A stretch of 64,000 nt of DNA, taken from Callorhinchus milii (Eukaryota). The notes under the pieces are model-generated. The model was given only the letters and a program-made list of their open reading frames with translations. It did not search any database and was not told the DNA's origin. The stretch spans positions 9,550,001-9,614,000 of the forward strand of contig NW_024704743.1 of NCBI RefSeq assembly GCF_018977255.1. The letters run 5' to 3'. Shown here piece by piece: positions 56,763-64,000 of the stretch (position 1 is the first letter of the stretch; the number at the start of each line of letters is the position of its first letter). The position numbers were made by a program, and so were the translations under genes.

Positions 56763-57714
56763 CTAAGATTGTAAACATAAATAAAGTTTATACAGCACTA
56801 GCCAAAGCATGGCAACTTTTACATCGGTTAATTTTGCACACTGTCTTTTAAAAATTGCTTCTTTATAATTCCAAAAATTTCATGTGGTCAAAATAGTTAA
56901 GATCAAAGCAGAAAAATAGTGAAGTTCACCTCACATAGATATGAATCTGAGCCATGCTTTCTGTAATGTGTATACGGTCACAAAGGCAGAGTCAAATCAC
57001 TCCTTTACAGAGGCAATGAACTTTTTTTTTTGGTCACCCTCCTACCCCACCCTCCCTACCCTCTACCCGTCCTGATCCTAAACCACAGCTCGGATCCAAA
57101 TCCAGCGTCTTGGGTCATCCTCCCTACGTGAAAGCCACTTTGTAAATGCAAGGATTATTATTATTACCTATTGGTGGCTGCAACTGCTAAAACTCACCTG
57201 ATGCAAAATCTGATAAAATGAGGGCACTAACAGTGATTCACTATTGAATTCCTCACCATTGTTAAACCAATTATCAAGCTCAGGGATCTGTTGATAATTG
57301 CCAAAATGTGACATTACTCTGATATGTTATAGAGAGGGATGAATGTTCTGGTGTGTAGATATCCCAGCAAGATTAAAATATACTACTCCCCTATCTTACT
57401 ATGTGACAGTATACAAAAACACAAAATATTTGCATATAATATCTAACATGAAACCCAGATCACAAATTGGACAAGTTAGATGAATACTTCCTATTGTGGT
57501 ATGAAACAATACATAGCAAGAAGTTCATTTTGTGTTGAGTTTAACAGATTGGCTGAGTGGTAGTGGAAACCACTCCAGTGGAGGAGGGAGATAGGAAAGA
57601 AGAAAATTAGTTAGGGCTCTTACCCCTGCTCACTATAGTGATCCTTGGTGGAAAGTACACCTTGTGGATGTTGGGTGAGGGCAGCACCAAGTGAGTTTTG
57701 ATCACACTGAAACC

Positions 57715-58060
57715 TAATAATCCTTGCATTTGATATAGAGCCTGATCGCTCATTGAGACGTCTCAAAGCACTTTACAGAATATACTGTAAAGTAAATTGA
57801 CTTTGTGGGAGAAACATGACAGCCAATTATGCACAACAGTGCCCCACAAACAGTTGTGGATTGAGTGACCACTTATTTTCTTGGATGGATTATTATCCCG
57901 GAAAGCGATCCGCCAATCGGTTAACAACTAGTTACTGCTAGATAAACAGGTGCATGTGAAGTAAGGAAACTTGCCTTAGGTTTCGACCCTCCTGGGAATG
58001 GAACCCTGGCTCTCTTGCTTGCGTGGCGAGCACGCTACCCATTACCCTATAGGACCCCAC
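57715..58060 (-). mobile_element. tRNA-derived SINE, long subfamily
   Basis: Reverse-complement similarity to 6050-6380. Confidence 0.85.
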
Positions 58061-58906
58061 TGTTACTCAAACAGCCTGTTGTTACTCACTCCCCACACTT
58101 GTATATACAGAATAGTCAGATGCCAAGGTACCAAGCGCTGCTGCTCTCCACAGAATCGTACCCTAACCACTTCAGAAGTGAATAAACCCTAATATCTTTC
58201 AAACACAATTGGAACAAAAATTTGTAACAATCAGAATCTTTGGCAAAATGAGTTTGAGTTACATTATCCTTTCATCATGGTCCTCCAAAGAAGTGTATAT
58301 ATTAAACACTATCCCTTCTATTATATATATCTCATTATAAATATTTATTATATATTATTATACAGCAAATTCACTTTACAATATAATCTGTCAAGTGCTT
58401 TGAGATGTCTAGAAGACGTGAAAAGCGCTATATCAAAATGCAAGGATTATTATTATTATATTAAAAAGTTTGTTAGCACTAGACTGCAATAAAGGCAGAA
58501 AGCTATCAACTAAAAGAAAATGTGAACACCCATTTACATGCATGCATAAGTGCAATAATTAAAAACAGTACTAACTTTTCCCATTAATCTTCCATTAAAT
58601 ACTTTATAAAACAAAACTTCCTGAGATACATCTGAAGATAAATTCCATCAAACACAATATTTACTCAGAAAGAAAAAAAATTCTAGAATTAGAAGTTTCA
58701 CCCTTCACATATCCTATTTTGGAAATATTTCTCAGGTTATGCTATACATATGCCAATCAAAACAGTATTTTTGGAAGTTGTACTGTGTAAAAACAAGTGG
58801 GAAGCACATTTTAGCACGAACCGTATTGTAAAATGAACTTATACGGTTTCTCCATTAACTCCATTGTGCTACATATGAGGCTCCAATAAAAGTAGCTGAC
58901 TGGCTA

Positions 58907-59185
<279 letters not shown>

Positions 59186-59719
59186 TCAAAGCAACGCAGT
59201 TCCACAAATTCGAAAATAGTCCATCAAATTTATTTAAATCAGTGTTTTTTGTAAAAAACACCTGAGATGTGGGAGTCACTGGTGTACTTAAAAACATGGT
59301 TTTTCTTCAGAAATGGGAGAGTATTATGGGATGTGACGAAGAGACAGATATAGGTTTATCAAGATAACCTAGGAATTAATAAACTGGCATATCACAAAAA
59401 ATGTTTTTATTTTGTAAAGAAATCCATGAGCAAGTGTTCACTTGATGGCTGATTGTGACCAATTTTCTTTTAGATGTTTACCATATCTGAGTCAATTCTG
59501 TTTCCAGTGATTCAACATTTTATCTAAATTTTGAGAATTACACAAATAATGGACTGCACATGGATTTTAACCTAAACAGATTTTAGGTGCATGTACCTGA
59601 AAATATACAATAAAATTGTAGTTGGAATTGTCACTGATTTTCTATACCATCTGTTGGTTCTAATTTCTCTGAACCATAAAGCTTCAAGAAAATTTACCCT
59701 AGATCACATTTAATTTCCC

Positions 59720-60523
59720 TTTTGCATCTCAGGCGCACACAGCATCACCATCCATGGATGCACACTCCACCTTATACTGAGCCAGTCCGGAACCTTGGCG
59801 TCTTGTTTGAACTTCAGCTATCCTTTCCACCCCACAGCTGTGACATTACCCGCTTTGCCTTCTCCCACCTACGCAATATCGCCCGTCTCCGCTACTGTCT
59901 CACACCGCAGGTTGCCGAAATCCTCATTACGCGCAATCATAACATCGAGGCTTGACTATGCAAATTCCTTGCCTGTCGACCTCCCCAACTCCTCCCTCAA
60001 TAGGCTGCAGATCATCCAGAACTCTGCAGCCCATGTCATCTCCCGCACCAGGGTCTGTGACCCTATCACCCCCATCCTCGCCCAACTCCACTGGCTTCCC
60101 ATCACACAGAGGATACAGTCCAAGATCCTAGTCCCCACCTCACATCCATGGCCTTGCTATCCTTCCTCTGCGACTTCCTAATCCCCCCCCATCCTACCCG
60201 CTCCCTCCGCTCAGTGGGCTCCATTCGGCCTGCTTCACCCCTGCGTCGCCCGCCCCACCATTGGCGGGTGGGCCTTGTGCCATTCTGTCCCCACCCTCTG
60301 GAACTCCAACCCACAGTCCCTCTGCCTCACCCCCTCCCTTGCCTCCTTCAGGCCCATCTCAAGACCTTCCTCTTCGACCGCGGTTTTGATCACACTGCTT
60401 CCCCCCCTGCCCCTCACCCTCCCCAATCCCGAACCCCAGCTCGGGTGCAAAACACTGACTGTTCAGCGCCTTGGGATGTCCTCCGGACGTGAAAGGCGCT
60501 ATACAAATGTAATTTTGTTGTTT
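59720..60523 (+). mobile_element. L2 3' fragment with tail, family A
   Basis: SRLDYANSL...LQIIQNSAA...LHWLP; tail ttgggatgtcctccggacgtgaaaggcgctata. Confidence 0.9.
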
Positions 60524-60856
60524 ATCCAAACCATTTACAAACATCTGTTTGGATGAATTTTGAAGGTTTGTTGTTTTGGCTGCACAGTGCCTCAGACTAA
60601 ATCAAACCTGTGATAAACGAAATAACCTCAACATGTAAAAGATAATTTTCTCCTAAAAGTTTAAAAAAAGTCAGAGCACGATTTTCAGGACTCAGAAGTA
60701 AAACGAATCATAAATCACAAATGAAGTTATCATGAAATAAGGCATTCGCTCTCCATTCAGTTATGGTTATACTTTTAACCACTTTAAGTAGAATATGTAC
60801 AACTCTTCTAAATAAGCAAGCAAAGCCCAACTGCAAAAAAGTATGAAGAAATGTCA

Positions 60857-61162
<306 letters not shown>

Positions 61163-62189
61163 TCAGTCAGAGATTAACCATTGTTGCAGTCTAACTACTT
61201 TGAAACTTTTCAATTACAAAAGCAAATGTGACCACACGTGTAAAGGCACATGTAAGAAATGTAAGCAAAAGCGCACAGCAGCAAAAGATTTTTGATAACA
61301 ACCCTCAAAAAGCAACTGCTTTATGTACCATTACAGATATATTCTTAAGGTTTGCGAATGAGTCTACACGTACCACTTTCTTCATTTTCAGGTCTCTTTT
61401 AATCAGAGGATAACATACAATGTCACTTCATCGATGTTTGTATGGACATGCACGCAAGTGGAGTTTTCCAGATCAATATTAGCACACTACAAATAACCTT
61501 CCTGCCACTAAACATATGATATTAATTAAACCTTTTCCACATTTATCTGCGTGAATGTACTTGTGGGTAGTAGAGTTGTTGGATCTAAAGTAATAGAATA
61601 TAAGTTACTGTTTACTTCCACAATGAGCAATGATCCTATTGACTATGCAGCCGAATTGTACACACCAATGTCCTGCAAACCATCATGAGTGAACAACCAA
61701 TTTTACCTTGGGGAATTGTTGTCCAGTAAAATGGGTGGAACTCCCTTCTCTTTTTGAATTGGGGCGCAAGATCCTTAATGTCCACCTATGTTTAACATCC
61801 ACCTTAAGAAGTAGACAGCTTAACATCTCATCTGAAGGTCGGAACTTCCAACAATGCAGAGCACCCCCATCACTTCATTGGAGTGTCAGCCTAGATTATG
61901 TGAGTTTGAAATCCTAATGTGGGGCTTGAACCCATAAATTTCTTTAGCAGAGACTGGAAAGCTACCAACTGAACCAAGTTGACCCCTATATGGATAAAGT
62001 TCTCTTATACTTTCTTGGCAAAAATCAGCAAATTATAGGGGAGGAAAGAATCAATGAATGTGGACAGTAATTTGAGACATCCTCCAAAAGTGAGAAGGCA
62101 CTATATCAAATGCAAGGATTATCATTTTAAGTACGAGACAAAAGATGAAAAATCCTGCCATGGAATTCACTTAGATGCAACCTTAATCA

Positions 62190-62372
<183 letters not shown>

Positions 62373-62898
62373 TTATTCAAAAATCTATTAATGTTTCCAG
62401 AAAACAGCAATATTCATCATCTATTATGTAGTTTTTTTAAAATACAAAATGCTTAATATCAAATTTTGAAATTAAATCTGTTAAAGGACAGACAACAGCA
62501 ACAACTTACACTTATTACCTTTTCAATCAAATTCAAGATCTGCATCCTCACTTTGAAATGGTTATATAAGCATCACTGCACCTTACCTCTGTGGCTTCCT
62601 GCAACCCATTTTATGTCCAACACCTAATCCATTCCACTGGTAATGGGCAAGCTTTCAGTTATTCTATCCTGGTCTCTGGAATGACATCCCAGAGCTGCTC
62701 CACCTTGCCCCACTCTCTTTCTACATTCAAACCTGCTTTTTGACAACTTTTAATGCGTATGAATAAATTGTGCTGGTCAGCCCGTGTGGGCAAACCAGTG
62801 TCACTCACAATGCTGAGACACATTCAGCCATTCACATCCTCGGTGTGACGTAAATCTTAATCTTAATGTGGAAGTTGGCTTTCTGTATCTGTATTTGT

Positions 62899-63219
62899 GG
62901 AGTCCTGTAGCTCAGTGGTTAGAGAACTCGCTTTGCAAGCGAGAGACCTGAGTTCAATACCAGGCAGAGGGCGAAACCTTTGGCAAGTTTCCTTACTCCA
63001 CACACCTAATAATAATCCCTCCAAAAACCAACAACAATAATAAATTGGTCATTTTCAATCTACGACTGTTTGTGGGACATTGCTGTGCGCAATTGACTGC
63101 CGCGTTCACCCACAAATATACAGTCAATTCACTTTACGTGTGTTCTGTGAAGTGCTTTGGGACGTCCTCCCGACGTGAAAAGTACTATATCAAATGCAAA
63201 GATTATTATTATTATTATT
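62899..63219 (+). mobile_element. tRNA-Ala-derived SINE, full length
   Basis: Head ggagtcctgtagctcagtggttagag (A box), anticodon arm ctcgc-tttgcaa-gcgag, gagttcaatacc (B box); L2-like tail; (ATT)n. Confidence 0.9.
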
Positions 63220-63363
63220 CAAAACTGTGGAATTCCACTCAGACACCCAATCTCCTGCCAGACTCCAGGAGCCTCTTTTGTCAGGAATCCAGCCTCACAA
63301 TAGTCAAAACAAAGATTGGGGACCAATTGCTGCATTGCAGATGGGTGAACCTGGTGTCTGAAG

Positions 63364-63672
63364 ATAATAATAATAATCCTTGCATTTGATATAGCGCTTT
63401 TCACATCTTCTAGATGTCTCAAAGCGCTTCACAGAATATACTGTAAAGTGAATTGACTGCATATTTGTGCACGAAACATGGCAGCGAATTGCGCACAGCA
63501 GTGTCCCACAAACAGTCGTGGATTGAAGTGTCCAATTTATTATTGCTTTTCTCTTAAGGGATTATTATCAGGCATGTGGAGTAAGGAAGCTTGCCCAAGG
63601 TTTCACCCTGCCGGGAATCGAACCCAGGTCTCTCGCTTGCGAGGCGAGTGCTCTAACCACTGAGCTACAGGA
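63364..63672 (-). mobile_element. tRNA-Ala-derived SINE, full length, inverted relative to 62899-63219
   Basis: Same family; anticodon loop ctcgcaa; ggttcgattccc B box. Confidence 0.9.
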
Positions 63673-63952
63673 TCTGTTGCATGTATTTACAAATCCTCGT
63701 GAATCACTGAATCAAACCTGAATAGAACATTATAATAGAATATAACATAGATATGGGCCATTGAGCCAAACTAAACCTACCAGCATGGCTTATTTCACCC
63801 TTTTTTAAAAAGAAGTGTCAAGATAGCAAAGAAAACAACAGCCCAATAATAGATTGTTTAAGCCAGGTATAATTTGTGGGAACTCCTTCCAGAATTAAGA
63901 TAAATAGATAAGTGATACAGATTATTAGTCTGTGCATGTTTGTCAAACTTAC

Positions 63953-64000
63953 CAATTCTGGAGCCTTGCAGGCAGATTTGGGTTCTCTATAGTTTACTGC
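63953..64000 (-). CDS. CUL2: Cullin-2 internal coding exon (cut by window edge)
   Basis: Translates AVNYREPKSACKAPEL, then donor GTAAGT at 63952; continues in phase 0 into the next exon. Confidence 0.93.

Noticed and set aside
62899..62975. tRNA-Ala-like sequences (also at about 63600-63672, 14610-14679 and 6050-6125)
   Set aside because: No proper acceptor stem and fused to a common SINE body, so these are SINE heads, not tRNA genes

Overview
Eukaryotic (vertebrate) genomic DNA, most likely from a cartilaginous fish: this is inferred from the L2/CR1 LINEs, Deu-domain SINEs and Penelope-type inverted repeats. Two protein-coding genes lie on the minus strand. The first is the last nine coding exons of CUL2 (cullin-2; 64000 down to the TGA at 46350), which include a GC-AG intron. 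The second is the first coding exon of PARD3 (26556-26437) in a CpG island, with its large intron 1 filling 1-26436. The rest is mostly decayed transposons: a near full-length L2 LINE, many L2/CR1 fragments, a tRNA-Ala-headed SINE family, Deu-domain SINEs, a Helitron, a solo LTR, MITE-like elements and a Penelope-like inverted repeat with two degenerate hammerhead-ribozyme motifs. Nearly all ORF-track entries are spurious or repeat-derived. I see no clear-cut new gene system. The most interesting items are a modular SINE/LINE 3' stem-loop arrangement, the hammerhead-bearing hairpin, a perfect 37-bp palindrome, and a SINE-flanked set of in-frame CUL2 exons that could circularise. Family names and human comparisons come from memory, not database searches, and repeat boundaries are approximate.
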